A stretch of DNA of 64,000 bases from Parcubacteria group bacterium GW2011_GWA1_56_13 (GCA_001004905.1 LCRY01000002.1:115577-179576); one strand, 5' to 3'; counted from the first letter of the stretch, positions 17,570 through 28,811 are shown. The notes: generated by a model not told the origin, from the sequence alone. Numbers and translations: made by a program.

Positions 17570-20500
17570 ATGGCATTCACTCCCCGCAAATTTCCGCCCC
17601 GCGACACCTGGAATGGGCTGCGTCTCGCGCTCGCCTCGCCGGAACGCATCCTCGCATGGTCGTCCGGCGAAGTGACCAAACCCGAGACCATCAACTACCG
17701 CACCCAGCGCTCCGAAAAGCACGGACTTTTCGACGAGAAAATATTCGGTCCCGAAAAGGACTATGAATGCTACTGCGGCAAATATAAGGGCATCCGCTAC
17801 AAAGGCATCGTCTGCGACAAGTGCGGCGTGGAGATAACCCGTTCCATAGTCCGGCGCGAGCGCATGGGCCACATCGAACTGTGCACGCCGGTCGCGCACA
17901 TCTGGTTCCTGCGGAGCGTTCCTTCACGGATGGCGCTCTTGCTCGGTGCCTCCGCAACGGATATAGAGAAGGTCGTTTATTTCGCCGGCTACATCGTTTC
18001 CAAGATCGCCGAGGACGAAAAAAAGCGCCTTTTGACCGAACTCGAAGGCGAATATAAATCGAAATACAAGTCGCTTACCAGCGATAAAGAGCGTGATGCA
18101 TTGAAAGAGAAAATGACGCTCACGAAGGCGGAGATCGAGAGCGTCGTCGTCGGCAAAGTTCTTGACGAGCTCGAATACCACCGTTTCTCGGTGAAATACG
18201 GCGGGCTTTTCGAGGCGCGCATCGGTGCGGAAGCCATTTACGACATTTTCTGCAAGCTTGACCTGAAAGAACTCGAGAAGACACTTTCCGCACGCTATCA
18301 GCATGCGGGCACTGCCGAGCGCGAGAAGCTCGCGAAACGCCTTTCGCTTATTGCCGGACTCATCGCCTCCGGTGTGCGCCCCGAATGGCTCTTCCTTACG
18401 CGCATCCCCGTCATCCCGCCTGCGCTTCGGCCGATGGTCGCGCTTGAAGGCGGCCGCCACGCGACCTCCGACGTGAACGACCTTTACCGCCGTGTCATCA
18501 ACCGCAACAACCGTTTGAAGAAACTCATAGACATCCACGCGCCGGAAGTCATTCTCCGCAACGAAAAGCGCATCCTCCAAGAGGCGGTTGACGCTCTTTT
18601 GGACAATTCCATCCGCAAGAGCGGCGCCTCCGCGGGCGCCATGACGCTCGCCCAGCGCCGACCGCTCAAATCGCTCGCCGACTACCTGAAAGGAAAGCAG
18701 GGGTATTTCCGCCAGAACCTTCTCGGAAAACGCGTGGATTACTCGGGCCGTTCGGTCATCGTCGTCGGCCCCGATCTGGAGCTCGACGAATGCGGTTTGC
18801 CCAAACACATGGCGCTCGAGCTCTTCCGCCCGTTCGTCATCGCCGGTCTTCTCGATCGCGAACTTGCCTTCAACATTCGCGGCGCAGGCCGTCTCATCGA
18901 GGACGGCGTCGCGGAGGTGTGGGAGATCCTTGAAGAGGCCATCGCCGGTAAATATGTGCTCCTCAACCGCGCACCGACCCTGCACCGGCAGGGCATCCAA
19001 GCGTTCCGCCCGCAGCTTATCGAAGGCGACGCCATTCAGCTCCACCCGCTCGTGTGCAACGCGTTCAATGCCGACTTTGACGGCGACCAGATGGCCGTGC
19101 ACGTTCCGCTCTCGGAGGAAGCGCAGTGGGAGGCGAAGAATGTCATGAGCGCCAACAAGAATATCCTGAAGCCGGGCTCGGGCGACATGATCGTGCTCAC
19201 CGGGAAGCCGTTGGACATCATCCTCGGCGTGTACTGGCTCACGAAAGCGGTAGAGAAAGCGAAGGGCGAGGGCGAACACTTCGCATCGCCGAACGCGGCC
19301 ATTCTCGCGTCCGAATACGGCGCCGTCGATCTGCGCGCCAAGATCAAGGTCCTGCCAGTTTCCGGCAAAGAAAAATACGCGACCTTCGAGAATCGTCCGT
19401 TCGAGACGACCGTCGGGCGCCTTCTCTTCAACACCGTCCTTCCCGCCGACTACCCGTTCATCAACGAGACCATCACGAAGAAAGTCCTCTCGCGCATCGT
19501 CACCGACTGCATTACGCGCTATGGGCTCGATGCCGTGCCGGGCATCGTCAATAAGGTGAAACGCTTCGGCTTCGATTACGCGACCCGCTCTGGCATCTCA
19601 TGGGCGATCAACGATGTTTCCGTGCCGAAAGAGAAGACCCGCATCATTGATGGCGCCGTCGCAAAGGTCGCCGCTCTGGAGAAGGATTACCAAAACGGTC
19701 TCTTGTCCGAGGAAGAAAAGCGCCGTATGGCCATCGAGATATGGCAGGGCGCCAAGCAGGCGGTTGAGGAGGAGGTCGCGCTTGAACTTGACCCCATGGG
19801 TTCCGTCGCCGATATGGTGAGAAGCGGCGCGCGCGGAACGCTCGGCAACCTGACCCAGATGGCCGGCATGAAAGGCCTCATCCAGAACACGGCCGGCGTG
19901 ACCATCGAAGTGCCCATCATATCTTCGATGATCGAGGGGTTGAATCCCATCGAATACTTCATGAGCACCCACGGCGCGCGCAAAGGACTTACCGACACCG
20001 CGCTCGGGACCGCGAAGGCGGGTTACCTCACGCGCCGCCTCTTTGACGTGGCGCAGGATTCCATCGTGACCGAGAAGGACTGCGGCACCGCACGCGGCGT
20101 GAAGATCAATCGGATGAGCGCTTCCGGCATTCAGATCAATTACGCGGAGGCGCTTCGCGGCCGCGTGCTTGCGGAAGACGCAAAAGACCAGGACGGAACC
20201 GTCCTGTTCAAGAAAGGGCACTACCTTTCCAAGGGAGACGCCGAAGCTCTTGACGCTTCTTCGATCGCCACGGTCGTCTCGCGCTCGCCGATGTCCTGCG
20301 AGACGCGCTATGGCGTGTGCCAGACCTGCTACGGCATGGACCTTACGACGCAGGAATTGGTAGACCTCGGCGAAGCGGTCGGCACGGTCGCCGCGCAGGC
20401 CATCGGCGAGCCGGGCACCCAGCTCACGATGCGCACCTTCCACGCCGGCGGCGTCGCATCCATCGGCGGCGACATCACGAGCGGCCTCCCGCGCGTCGAG

Positions 20501-21289
20501 GAAGTGTTCGAGAAGCGCTCGCCGAAGAATCCGGCGGTCATATCAAAATCCGACGGCCTGGTCGCGGAGATAAAGGAAGAAGGGCGTGAGAAAGTTATCG
20601 TCGTCGCTCCGACGGCGGGGCAGGGCAAAAAGGACGGTTCGGCATACGAATACCTCGCGCCGTATCCGCGCGTGCCGCTCGTTAAAGCGGGCGATACGGT
20701 AGTGAGAGGGCAGATTTTGACCGACGGTTCCGCCGACCTCGACGATCTGTTCGAGTACGCGGGCCGCGCGGTAGTGCAGGAATATATCATCACCGAAGCG
20801 TCGAAGATCTACGAGATGCAGGGCGCATCCGTATCGCGCAAGCACCTGGAAGTGGTGGTGAAGCAGATGTTCTCGCGCGTGAAGATCACCGATGCCGGCG
20901 ACACCGACCATTCGGTCGGCGACGTCGTCGAGGATTGGGAATTCGCGAAAGTGATGGCGGAGATGGAAGGAGCGGACAAAATGGCGCCGAAGGCGCGCGA
21001 GATCGTACTTGGCATCAAGGAGAGCGCGCTCTCGCGCCGTTCGTTCCTCTCGGCGGCGTCCTTCGAACAGACGACGAAAATACTCATTAATGCGGCACTG
21101 CGGGGTTCCGTTGACCGCTTGCGCGGCCTCAAAGAGAACGTCATCCTCGGGCGACTTATTCCTTCCGGCACCGGCTTTGCGGGGAGCCAGAAGCACGCGC
21201 ACATTACGAAACTCCAGTCGGAGCGTCCGCCGTCCTCGGCCCCGTCCCGCACCACCAGTTTCGCCCCGCGCCAAACCCGCGCGCTCTAG
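17570..21289 (+). CDS. rpoC: RNA polymerase beta' subunit
   Basis: Catalytic NADFDGD motif, KPETINYRT, N-terminal Zn finger and AIGEPGTQLTMRTFH. Confidence 0.98.
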   Translation: MAFTPRKFPPRDTWNGLRLALASPERILAWSSGEVTKPETINYRTQRSEKHGLFDEKIFGPEKDYECYCGKYKGIRYKGIVCDKCGVEITRSIVRRERMGHIELCTPVAHIWFLRSVPSRMALLLGASATDIEKVVYFAGYIVSKIAEDEKKRLLTELEGEYKSKYKSLTSDKERDALKEKMTLTKAEIESVVVGKVLDELEYHRFSVKYGGLFEARIGAEAIYDIFCKLDLKELEKTLSARYQHAGTAEREKLAKRLSLIAGLIASGVRPEWLFLTRIPVIPPALRPMVALEGGRHATSDVNDLYRRVINRNNRLKKLIDIHAPEVILRNEKRILQEAVDALLDNSIRKSGASAGAMTLAQRRPLKSLADYLKGKQGYFRQNLLGKRVDYSGRSVIVVGPDLELDECGLPKHMALELFRPFVIAGLLDRELAFNIRGAGRLIEDGVAEVWEILEEAIAGKYVLLNRAPTLHRQGIQAFRPQLIEGDAIQLHPLVCNAFNADFDGDQMAVHVPLSEEAQWEAKNVMSANKNILKPGSGDMIVLTGKPLDIILGVYWLTKAVEKAKGEGEHFASPNAAILASEYGAVDLRAKIKVLPVSGKEKYATFENRPFETTVGRLLFNTVLPADYPFINETITKKVLSRIVTDCITRYGLDAVPGIVNKVKRFGFDYATRSGISWAINDVSVPKEKTRIIDGAVAKVAALEKDYQNGLLSEEEKRRMAIEIWQGAKQAVEEEVALELDPMGSVADMVRSGARGTLGNLTQMAGMKGLIQNTAGVTIEVPIISSMIEGLNPIEYFMSTHGARKGLTDTALGTAKAGYLTRRLFDVAQDSIVTEKDCGTARGVKINRMSASGIQINYAEALRGRVLAEDAKDQDGTVLFKKGHYLSKGDAEALDASSIATVVSRSPMSCETRYGVCQTCYGMDLTTQELVDLGEAVGTVAAQAIGEPGTQLTMRTFHAGGVASIGGDITSGLPRVEEVFEKRSPKNPAVISKSDGLVAEIKEEGREKVIVVAPTAGQGKKDGSAYEYLAPYPRVPLVKAGDTVVRGQILTDGSADLDDLFEYAGRAVVQEYIITEASKIYEMQGASVSRKHLEVVVKQMFSRVKITDAGDTDHSVGDVVEDWEFAKVMAEMEGADKMAPKAREIVLGIKESALSRRSFLSAASFEQTTKILINAALRGSVDRLRGLKENVILGRLIPSGTGFAGSQKHAHITKLQSERPPSSAPSRTTSFAPRQTRAL

Positions 21290-21295
21290 AGCTTC

Positions 21296-21396
21296 GCGCC
21301 GCGTGCGATTTTTGAGCACAGCGTAATTTTCTGCTGAAAATTCGCTCCGCTCTCGCGCCATCGCGCTGCGAGAGTCCCAAAAATCGCACGCGGTGC
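21296..21396. mobile_element. ~100-bp palindromic MITE/REP-like element, intergenic copy
   Basis: 19-bp terminal inverted repeat (21296-21314 / 21378-21396) and internal ATTTTCTGCTGAAAAT hairpin. Homologous to 32241-32350. Confidence 0.75.
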
Positions 21397-21463
21397 TTCA
21401 CTTAAAATATAAAAACGGCGCGGAACCTTGGAAGGTTCTCGCGCCGCCTGTCTCGACGATACG

Positions 21464-21622
21464 TCACCATCGCTTTAAGAAGATCCATATAAGAGCGATG
21501 ATGCCGCCCAGCAGAACCATGGTTCCGATGAGATTGGATGAATCGGGTATCCGAATGATGTACATCCCAAGACCGATGTCGCCAATCGCAAGCGTTCCGA
21601 GCACTAACGGTTCGATTTTCAT
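21464..21622 (-). CDS. Small two-TM membrane protein, 52 aa (not in the ORF track)
   Basis: MKIEPLVLGTLAIGDIGLGMYIIRIPDSSNLIGTMVLLGGIIALIWIFLKRW*. GGAGG SD; minus-strand TTGACA at 21673-21678. Confidence 0.6.
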   Translation of the reverse strand: MKIEPLVLGTLAIGDIGLGMYIIRIPDSSNLIGTMVLLGGIIALIWIFLKRW

Positions 21623-21709
21623 CGCCCCTCCAAGAGTTGAGCTAAATTAATGATTGCATTTATTTCCAGGCCTGTCAAATGTTTGTAAAACGCGGTAAAC
21701 TCAACTGAA

Positions 21710-23389
21710 ATGGCCACCGACAGCGTCGCGCAGATCAAGGAGCGCTTGAACATACAGGACATCATTGCTCCATACGTGAAGCTCAAGAGAGCGGGCAGAT
21801 CGCTCGTGGGTCTGTGCCCGTTCCATAAAGAAAAGACGCCGAGTTTCCATGTCAGCCCCGAGCGCGGCACGTGGCATTGTTTCGGTTGCGGGCTCGGCGG
21901 CGACGGCTTCTCGTTCATCGAAAAAGTCGAAGGAGTGGATTTCAAAGGAGCTCTGAAAATACTGGCGGAGAAGGCGGGTGTCACTATCGAGTATCAGGGA
22001 AGCGGAAATCGCGAAGACGCGTCGAAAAAAGAGCGCCTACGCTCCCTTATGAGCCGTGCAAGCGAATGGTATGCGGGCAAGCTCCCGGGGAGCCCGGCCG
22101 AAGCGTATGCGAAAGCGCGCAGCATGACCGAAGAAACCATCCGCGCGTGGCGCCTCGGCCACGCCCCGGAGGCGTGGCGCGCGCTCCTTGAGGCGCTCAC
22201 GACTGAAGGGTTCACGATAGAAGAACTCCTTTCCACCGGACTTATCAAGGAGGCAGACGGCAAAAAAGGCACGTACTACGACCGCTTCCGCAACCGGCTC
22301 GTGTTCCCGATACGCGACACCGCCGGTCGCGTCGTCGCGTTTACCGGTCGCGCCCTTGCCGCGGACGACCAGGCGAAGTATCTCAATAGTCCGGAAACGG
22401 AGCTCTATCATAAATCCGAGATACTTTTCGGCATGGACTCCGCGAAGGACGCGATACGGACGCGCAAGTTCACGATGCTCGTCGAAGGGCAGATAGACGT
22501 CCTGCTTGCGCACCAGGCGGGCTTTCAGAACGCCGTGGCGCTCTCGGGCACGGCTCTCTCCGAGAAACATCTTGCCCTCATGAAGCGTTATAGCGAGAAT
22601 CTCATGCTTATTCTCGACGCCGACATGGCGGGCCTCAAGGCGACCGCGCGCTCGGCGGAACTGGCCCTGCGGCACGGCCTACGCGTGAAGGCGGTCCGGC
22701 TCCCGACAGGGAAGGACCCGGCGGACCTCGTCAAAGAAGACGCAAAAGAGTTTGCCAAGCGCGTCGCCGCGGCAAAACCAATCGTCGAGTTCTTTCTCGC
22801 GGAGCTTGCGGAGAAAGAGCATGACTCGCACCGCCTCTTGCGGTCCGCCGAAGAGATAGTACTTCCGCTCATACGCGCCATGCCGAGCCCCATGGAGCGC
22901 GAACACTTTACGCAATCAACGGCGCGCGTGCTCGGCTTAAGCACTGAGGCGGTCCGCGAATCCCTCGCGAAATTGCCGCAGGTGCATGCGGAAGAATCCA
23001 TGAAGCGCGCAGGTACCGCCGAAACCGCGAAGCGTTCCGCGCGCCAGTTGCGCGAGGAAATGCTTCTGGCCGTTGTCCACGTGTATCCCGGTACCCCGCT
23101 TGCAGAGCGCATCAAGTCAGAGTATTGTCGAATTACTGGAGCCCATCAGCTTCCCGCTGACGTCCCTCAAGAACCGGCCCTCTTCCAAGCGGAACAGGCA
23201 TTCGGCGAGGAACCTGCGGAAGAAGCGGGAGATGAGCTTCTTCGCGCCTTTGAAGAAGCGACTATTCGCGAGGCGTATCAAGAAGCAGTCACACGGTTGC
23301 GAAGGGCCGAAGCCGCGCTCGATGCGGCGGCGGTTCAAAGTGCACAGGAAGCGTGCGCCGTGCTCTCGGCGCGTCTCTCGGTATTTTGA
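21710..23389 (+). CDS. dnaG: DNA primase
   Basis: CHC2 zinc finger (CPFH...CFGC), [14 protein letters not shown] and TOPRIM motif VEGQID. Confidence 0.97.
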   Translation: MATDSVAQIKERLNIQDIIAPYVKLKRAGRSLVGLCPFHKEKTPSFHVSPERGTWHCFGCGLGGDGFSFIEKVEGVDFKGALKILAEKAGVTIEYQGSGNREDASKKERLRSLMSRASEWYAGKLPGSPAEAYAKARSMTEETIRAWRLGHAPEAWRALLEALTTEGFTIEELLSTGLIKEADGKKGTYYDRFRNRLVFPIRDTAGRVVAFTGRALAADDQAKYLNSPETELYHKSEILFGMDSAKDAIRTRKFTMLVEGQIDVLLAHQAGFQNAVALSGTALSEKHLALMKRYSENLMLILDADMAGLKATARSAELALRHGLRVKAVRLPTGKDPADLVKEDAKEFAKRVAAAKPIVEFFLAELAEKEHDSHRLLRSAEEIVLPLIRAMPSPMEREHFTQSTARVLGLSTEAVRESLAKLPQVHAEESMKRAGTAETAKRSARQLREEMLLAVVHVYPGTPLAERIKSEYCRITGAHQLPADVPQEPALFQAEQAFGEEPAEEAGDELLRAFEEATIREAYQEAVTRLRRAEAALDAAAVQSAQEACAVLSARLSVF

Positions 23390-23424
23390 CAGCAGACCCC
23401 GAGTTTCCCGTCTCCATTTTTGGA

Positions 23425-24648
23425 ATGGCAAAATCTACCGTAAAAAAGAAGAGGAAAATGCATACAACCGCAAAGAAGCGGGGGGCTAAGCGCGCGCCCG
23501 CCGGCAAGCGTCGCGCGCAGCCGAAGCGCACCAAAAAGCACGTCCTGCGCGCGGCGGTGCGGGGAGCAAAGGCAAAAGCGGACTCGCAGAAAGCGCTTTC
23601 GGCGGATGCGCTCATCGAAAAAGGGAAAGAGCGGGGCTATGTCACTTACAGTGAGATCCTGAAATCGTTCCCGCATGTCGAGGACGACGTCGATTTTCTC
23701 GAATCGCTGTACGAGCGTTTTGCGGTCGCCGGCGTTGATGTGCTTGAAGGCGGCATGCTCGAAGATGCCGCGAACGAATATCTCGCGACGCGCAACATCA
23801 AGGACCGTCATTCCACCGGATACGACTCCATCCAGATCTACCTGCGCGAGATCGGCCAATACCCCCTTCTCACCGCCGCCGAAGAACGCGAGCTCGCGAA
23901 GCGCATCGAAAAGGGCGATGCCGAAGCGCGCAATATTCTCGCGCGCAGCAACCTGCGCCTTGTGGTTTCCATCGCAAAGAAATATGTGGGACGCAGCCCC
24001 GATCTCACGCTTCTCGACCTCATTCAGGAAGGAAATCTGGGACTCTTCCGCGCGGTGGACAAGTTCGACTGGAAAAAGGGGTACAAATTCTCGACCTATG
24101 CGACGTGGTGGATCCGCCAGGCCATCACGCGCGCGCTTGCCGACCAGTCCCGTACCATCCGCATTCCCGTCCACATGGTGGAGACCATCGCAAAGTACAA
24201 ACAGGTCTCACGTCGCCTCTCGCAGGCGCTCGGCCGCGAACCGCAGGCGGAGGAGATAGCGATAGAAATGGGGGTGGAGCCGGAAAAGATCTACCAGATA
24301 GAAAAGATAAACCAGGACACGCTTTCTCTCGAAAATCCGGTCGGCTCCGACGACGACGAGCGGTCAACGCTCGGCGATTTCATTCCCGACGATAAGATAC
24401 CGTCGCCCGTGCAGGAATCCTCCGAGCGCATTCTTGCGGAACAGGTGCGTACCATCCTCACCGACCTCTCGCCGAAAGAGCGCAAGATACTCGAAATGCG
24501 CCACGGCCTTATGGACGGCATTTACCATACGCTCGAAGAAGTGGGGAAGGAGTTCGGCGTCACCCGCGAGCGCATCCGCCAGATCGAAGCGAAAGCGCTG
24601 GAGAAAATCCGCACCCACGAACGCGCCCGCCACCTGAAGTCGTATTGA
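23425..24648 (+). CDS. rpoD: Primary sigma factor (sigma70/RpoD) with a basic N-terminal tail
   Basis: Motifs [39 protein letters not shown] and [20 protein letters not shown]. Confidence 0.96.
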   Translation: MAKSTVKKKRKMHTTAKKRGAKRAPAGKRRAQPKRTKKHVLRAAVRGAKAKADSQKALSADALIEKGKERGYVTYSEILKSFPHVEDDVDFLESLYERFAVAGVDVLEGGMLEDAANEYLATRNIKDRHSTGYDSIQIYLREIGQYPLLTAAEERELAKRIEKGDAEARNILARSNLRLVVSIAKKYVGRSPDLTLLDLIQEGNLGLFRAVDKFDWKKGYKFSTYATWWIRQAITRALADQSRTIRIPVHMVETIAKYKQVSRRLSQALGREPQAEEIAIEMGVEPEKIYQIEKINQDTLSLENPVGSDDDERSTLGDFIPDDKIPSPVQESSERILAEQVRTILTDLSPKERKILEMRHGLMDGIYHTLEEVGKEFGVTRERIRQIEAKALEKIRTHERARHLKSY

Positions 24649-24705
24649 AAATAAATAACGCGCAGGGGAAGAAATGTCCCTGCGCGTCTTAGCGTGTGCC
24701 GTCTG

Positions 24706-25182
24706 CTACCAGGTCGGTATCAGCGGGCCGCCCATCGTATCGGCCTCTCCGAGCAATGACCCGTTGAAGCGGATGAGTTCGTGGCCCCGAAAGGGCTTAT
24801 TGAAGGCGCCTTTCGCACTGTTCCGGTAGGTCACGTTCACGAGAGCGAACGTCTGCTGTCCGCGCCCGCCGAGCCAATGCCTTTGCTGGTACGCTCCGCG
24901 AAGAGCCGCTTCCAGGCAGGGCATAGCCCTCTCGTCATATTGTCCTTTTGTGTACATGTCCCAGATCGGCTCCCCGTTGTAGAGGATTGCGACCGCCCGT
25001 GAGAAGCCGTTGCCGGACGGATTCACGAGCGTCTTGATCCTGACTGTCCATGGCGACCGTACGTAGTCCTCTTGTCCGCTCACCATCGCTTCGAAAAAGA
25101 TGCGCAGGGCATCAGCCCACAGGTTCGGCAGGTGGGCCTGCGATAATTCAGTACTGCCCGCCAGCTTCATATTCGTCTCCAT
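24706..25182 (-). CDS. Hypothetical protein (DUF5680-like)
   Basis: Pattern PIWDMY...LEAAL...GGRG...YRN...FRGHELI. GAGGAGAGG SD; TTGACA at 25263-25268. The family call is from recall. Confidence 0.6.
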   Translation of the reverse strand: METNMKLAGSTELSQAHLPNLWADALRIFFEAMVSGQEDYVRSPWTVRIKTLVNPSGNGFSRAVAILYNGEPIWDMYTKGQYDERAMPCLEAALRGAYQQRHWLGGRGQQTFALVNVTYRNSAKGAFNKPFRGHELIRFNGSLLGEADTMGGPLIPTW

Positions 25183-25362
25183 GTCCTCTCCTCTGTTTCT
25201 GGACCGGTTGTATGGGATAAGAGCAGAATCTCTGTTTCGTTTATAACCGAATGACGGCCTACTGTCAAGGTTTTTTCATCCAAAAGCCGTGTGGAGCGCG
25301 GGATATCTCGCAAAAAGAGTGGGGCTCCCGCGAAATGGTTCGCGAGAGCCCCTGCGGCTGAT

Positions 25363-25590
25363 TCAGTCCGCGGCTTGTTTGAACGATACTACCGCTCCGG
25401 CTACGAGTGCCGCCAAAAGCGCGAGAGCGAGAAAGGACACCCAGTCGATCGAAACGTCTCGTAAGGCGTCGGTTATCTCCGGCGGCGTAAACGGAGCGAG
25501 CATGGTCACCGGCATCGCTATCGCCACGAACGTGGTGATCATCGCCGACGCTATGCGTTCGAACGGCGAACGACAGTCTGTCTTTTTCAA
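25363..25590 (-). CDS. Small two-TM hypothetical protein
   Basis: TTG start after AAAGGGGA; two hydrophobic helices; minus-strand TTGACG at 25696-25701. Confidence 0.5.
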   Translation of the reverse strand: MKKTDCRSPFERIASAMITTFVAIAMPVTMLAPFTPPEITDALRDVSIDWVSFLALALLAALVAGAVVSFKQAAD

Positions 25591-25722
25591 AGTATTCCCC
25601 CTTTCGTTTCACTGCATATCCCGGAGAGTCGGGCGGCAGAGAGACCTGCCAGGAACTGAAGCATTCCCGCTTATTTACGCATGATTAATAAAAAGCGTCA
25701 AGTGTCTGGTATACTTCACGAT

Positions 25723-26670
25723 ATGGAGCGGAGGAAGAAAGTGCATGCAAAAAAACCGGCGCTTCCCATCAAGCACTGGAGCCATTCGTCGCTCATGTCG
25801 TTTTTGCGCAATCCGTTGGCCTGGTACAAGCGGTACGTCGAGGAGGTATACGATACGCCTTCCACGCCGGCTTCCATCGTCGGCCGCGCCGGGCACCTGG
25901 CGCTCGAGCATTTCTACCGCCAAGTGAGCGAGCGTCAGGCGCAAGTTGAAAATTTTGCGCCTGGCCGAGCGAACGCTGGAGGAAACACTTTTTCGGAAAA
26001 TGTACTGAAAAAGTGTTATCGGGGCGCGGACAAGGAATCGGCGATGCAAAAAGGCCTCGCCTATATCCGAGGCATCGGGGATTTCGAGATCGATTTCAAG
26101 AAGGCCAAGACGCGCCGCGCGAAAAAAGAAAAGCGCAAAGCGATGGAACAGGAATATCTGCGCGCCGTTTCGTTCTATCTGGAGCGCCCGCCGAGGCACA
26201 AGGTGCTCGGCGTTGAAGTGAAGGGCCTGGTTGAAGTGGATGGCCTTCCGCTTCCCATCAAGGCGGTTTCTGACCTCGTCGTCGCTTCGCGCGTAGAGCG
26301 GGGCGCCGTGGACATCGTGGACCACAAATTCGTCGCCTCCTTCAGCAAAGGAGGCGCGGCGAAGGCGCTTTTTATCATCCAGGCCATTTTCAATTACTAC
26401 ACGGTGCAGGAGATGTTCGGGAAGCCGGTGCGCCGCTTCCTCGTCTACGAATGCAAAAAGACGAGGAACGCCGACGGAGGTCCGCAGATGCGGCGCTACG
26501 AAATAGATTTCCGCAAGCATGCGGAGGACTTTACGGTGTTCCATCGCCTGGTGAATGACGCGACGAAGGAAATATCCCGGCGGCGCCTGTATCTGCCGAA
26601 CCCCTCCGACATGTTTGAAGGTGATAATTCTTTTGATATCTATCGTCTTGAATTAATTGACGACGAGTAA
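25723..26670 (+). CDS. PD-(D/E)XK nuclease family protein (RecB/AddB-like)
   Basis: Pattern WSHSSL...GRAGHLALE...E...IKAVSDLV...IVDHKF...QAIFNY. Carries an apparent ~33-aa insertion. Confidence 0.8.
   Translation: MERRKKVHAKKPALPIKHWSHSSLMSFLRNPLAWYKRYVEEVYDTPSTPASIVGRAGHLALEHFYRQVSERQAQVENFAPGRANAGGNTFSENVLKKCYRGADKESAMQKGLAYIRGIGDFEIDFKKAKTRRAKKEKRKAMEQEYLRAVSFYLERPPRHKVLGVEVKGLVEVDGLPLPIKAVSDLVVASRVERGAVDIVDHKFVASFSKGGAAKALFIIQAIFNYYTVQEMFGKPVRRFLVYECKKTRNADGGPQMRRYEIDFRKHAEDFTVFHRLVNDATKEISRRRLYLPNPSDMFEGDNSFDIYRLELIDDE
25931..26017. repeat. Double-hairpin palindromic element in frame within the nuclease gene
   Basis: Stems CAGGCGCAA/TTGCGCCTG (25936-25963) and AACACTTTTTC/GAAAAAGTGTT (25984-26017). 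Confidence 0.65.
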
Positions 26671-26724
26671 AGTAAAAGGCGGCCCTTCTCTAAGAGGCCG
26701 CCAGTGTTTCCAAACGCGAACTGT

Positions 26725-27555
26725 CTAGCTCCAATACCCACGCACTTGTTCCAGTAATCTCTTCGCGACATTGACATTTTTCCGTGTCGAGAATCGGGAG
26801 AAAAACCGTGGATGTAGTTCTGGAGTTACGGAGCCTTTCCAGCCGCTCGCTTGCACGTGCTGGCAGAACTCGCGGATGTCCAGAACACCATCATCCAACC
26901 AAAGATTGCGGCCGCCACGATTGCCCCTGGCGGGACTGAAGTTGTTGAGGTGGATTTCCCGTACCAGATGACGGTATTTGTCGAAGAAGTCGACAAGGCG
27001 TTTCATCAGAACAGCGGGTGGAACACCCACCAGGTTTTCCACGCCGTGCTTCCCAATCTGGTATTCGAGCAAGTGCTGAGTGTCCAGAGTAAGGGATATT
27101 TCATGTTCACCCACGGCGTCTATGAATTCCTCGAACGGACAATTGTAGTTGCCGTTCGGAACCGTAGTTGCCGTCTGAAGGGTCCAGTTCGGATGAACTC
27201 GTCGGTTCTTTACGACCTCTCGCCAATGGTAACCATAGGCAACCACAAGCTCTGTCGCATCACCGAACTGATCTTCAAGCGAAGCGTCAACAGGCAAGAG
27301 TCCGCCCCACAGTGCCGGAATGCGTATCTCCGGGTGAGTAACATCGGAATTCCAGTCCAGAGCTTCGTGCAGATGTAGCTCAAGCTGGCGGACGGTGGCG
27401 TTCTCGCGGTACCGCTCCAAAGAAGGATAACTCCACAAGAAGCGGAACCGGAACATTTCAAGACCATCGAAACCGGCCTGTTCTGCGATATCCATAGCGG
27501 TCACCGCTGAAGCAGGGAACACAGACAGTGATTGCAGAAAGAACTTCTGGGACAC
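26725..27555 (-). CDS. Sugar phosphate isomerase/epimerase (xylose isomerase-like TIM barrel)
   Basis: Motifs AGFDGLE, LTLDTQH, REIHLNN and VTPE. GTG start with GAAGGAGG SD. Confidence 0.7.
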   Translation of the reverse strand: MSQKFFLQSLSVFPASAVTAMDIAEQAGFDGLEMFRFRFLWSYPSLERYRENATVRQLELHLHEALDWNSDVTHPEIRIPALWGGLLPVDASLEDQFGDATELVVAYGYHWREVVKNRRVHPNWTLQTATTVPNGNYNCPFEEFIDAVGEHEISLTLDTQHLLEYQIGKHGVENLVGVPPAVLMKRLVDFFDKYRHLVREIHLNNFSPARGNRGGRNLWLDDGVLDIREFCQHVQASGWKGSVTPELHPRFFSRFSTRKNVNVAKRLLEQVRGYWS

Positions 27556-27659
27556 GGGCCCTCCTTCTAATGTAGTAGGGTAAGAAAACTATGAGCCATC
27601 ATGGCCCAGCGCTACTACTTGTATATCATGTTGAGCGCATTTGTCAACCAGCAAACAGT

Positions 27660-28319
27660 CTATGGAGTGTTTCCGAGGGCCTGGTCGACGAGCTGCTTCA
27701 CAATGTCGTAGGGGTAAGCGACATCCATAACGACCGGGTCCTTGCCGTTGGCTAAAATAATGGAAAAAGGAGTTCCCACGGCACCCATGTCAAGCGCGTT
27801 CTGACGGTCGGCCGTGATGCGCGCGTCAAGCGCGGCAGAGACGCTCGCATAACAGGTCGCGAAGGCGTTACCCGAGAGGCCTATTGAAGAGGCGAGCTCC
27901 CCGTAGCGAGAAGAGTCAACCGGCTGGTTGGCAAAGAGTGCATTGGCGAATTTCCAGAAACCGTCCTCGCCAGCGACTTCCCCGGCGCATTCGGCGGCTT
28001 TCGCATGCGACAGGGCATTGGGGTGTATTTCAGAAAGCGGGAAGTGCCGAAAGACCCACGCGACACGGCCGCTCGTGCCCGCGTTCGCGATTATCTGGTG
28101 CAGCGCGTCATGGAAGCCTCTGCAGTACGTGCAGTCGAAGTCGGAATATTCGATTATCATTACCGGCGCCGCCGGATTGCCGAGAATGTGATCGGAGATG
28201 CCGACGGGCCGCACGAGCGCCGGGTTGCCGGCCGTCTTCGGCATCGAGGCGTACACCGCCATCGCGACGATGATCCCGCCGGCAACTATGGCGAGCGGGA
28301 TCATGAAGGAAGGTCTCAT
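27660..28319 (-). CDS. DsbA/thioredoxin-fold protein
   Basis: Motifs IIEYSDFDCTYC, WVFRHFPL and GAVGTP; N-terminal anchor. Confidence 0.9.
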   Translation of the reverse strand: MRPSFMIPLAIVAGGIIVAMAVYASMPKTAGNPALVRPVGISDHILGNPAAPVMIIEYSDFDCTYCRGFHDALHQIIANAGTSGRVAWVFRHFPLSEIHPNALSHAKAAECAGEVAGEDGFWKFANALFANQPVDSSRYGELASSIGLSGNAFATCYASVSAALDARITADRQNALDMGAVGTPFSIILANGKDPVVMDVAYPYDIVKQLVDQALGNTP

Positions 28320-28382
28320 GCTTCGAAGTGTAGCACCAAAGAGAAAAGCGGAGGGAATGCCTCCGCTTTCGAACCGCCGCTG

Positions 28383-28718
28383 TCATTTTTTGTTCGCGGC
28401 CCCGAACAGTTCCTGTATGCTCGGCCTGATGATATTGCCGCCGCTGATCGGGCGGTTCCCCCACATCGCGCGGTACAGGAACCGGACCGCTTTAGCGCCA
28501 CGTATCTCGCCCCCGACGCCGACGTGGGGGCTGAGGTGCAGCGCAAGTATCCTGCACCCGAGCGAGCGCGCCGCCTGACAGACCTTCTCCTCCGTCGGCG
28601 CCGGAGCATCGAGCACGGCCTGGATGGCTGCGTGGAGCTTTCGCCCCACTTCTGCAACCGTCTCTTCTTCCTTCCGCTCCCTTTGGCTCGCAAATCCGAG
28701 TAATGTCCCCTGTCCCAT
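28383..28718 (-). CDS. Hypothetical protein
   Basis: AAAGGAGG SD before MGQGT; hairpin downstream. Confidence 0.5.
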   Translation of the reverse strand: MGQGTLLGFASQRERKEEETVAEVGRKLHAAIQAVLDAPAPTEEKVCQAARSLGCRILALHLSPHVGVGGEIRGAKAVRFLYRAMWGNRPISGGNIIRPSIQELFGAANKK

Positions 28719-28811
28719 TCCCGCCTCCTTTTGGCCTGGTTGTACGACAAAAAACTTCACGCCAGCTTCAGTATATAACGTTTCCGTCCCGCGCGAAACG
28801 TTGACCGCGCG

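Noticed and set aside
16030-19279. Long antisense ORFs (554 aa and 451 aa) over rpoB/rpoC, and similar ones over smc, hisS and uvrB
   Set aside because: These are shadow frames expected from GC-rich codon bias and show no recognisable motifs.
25723-26670. PD-(D/E)XK nuclease as Cas4 or a defence system
   Set aside because: It lacks the four Fe-S cysteines of Cas4, and there is no array or partner gene.
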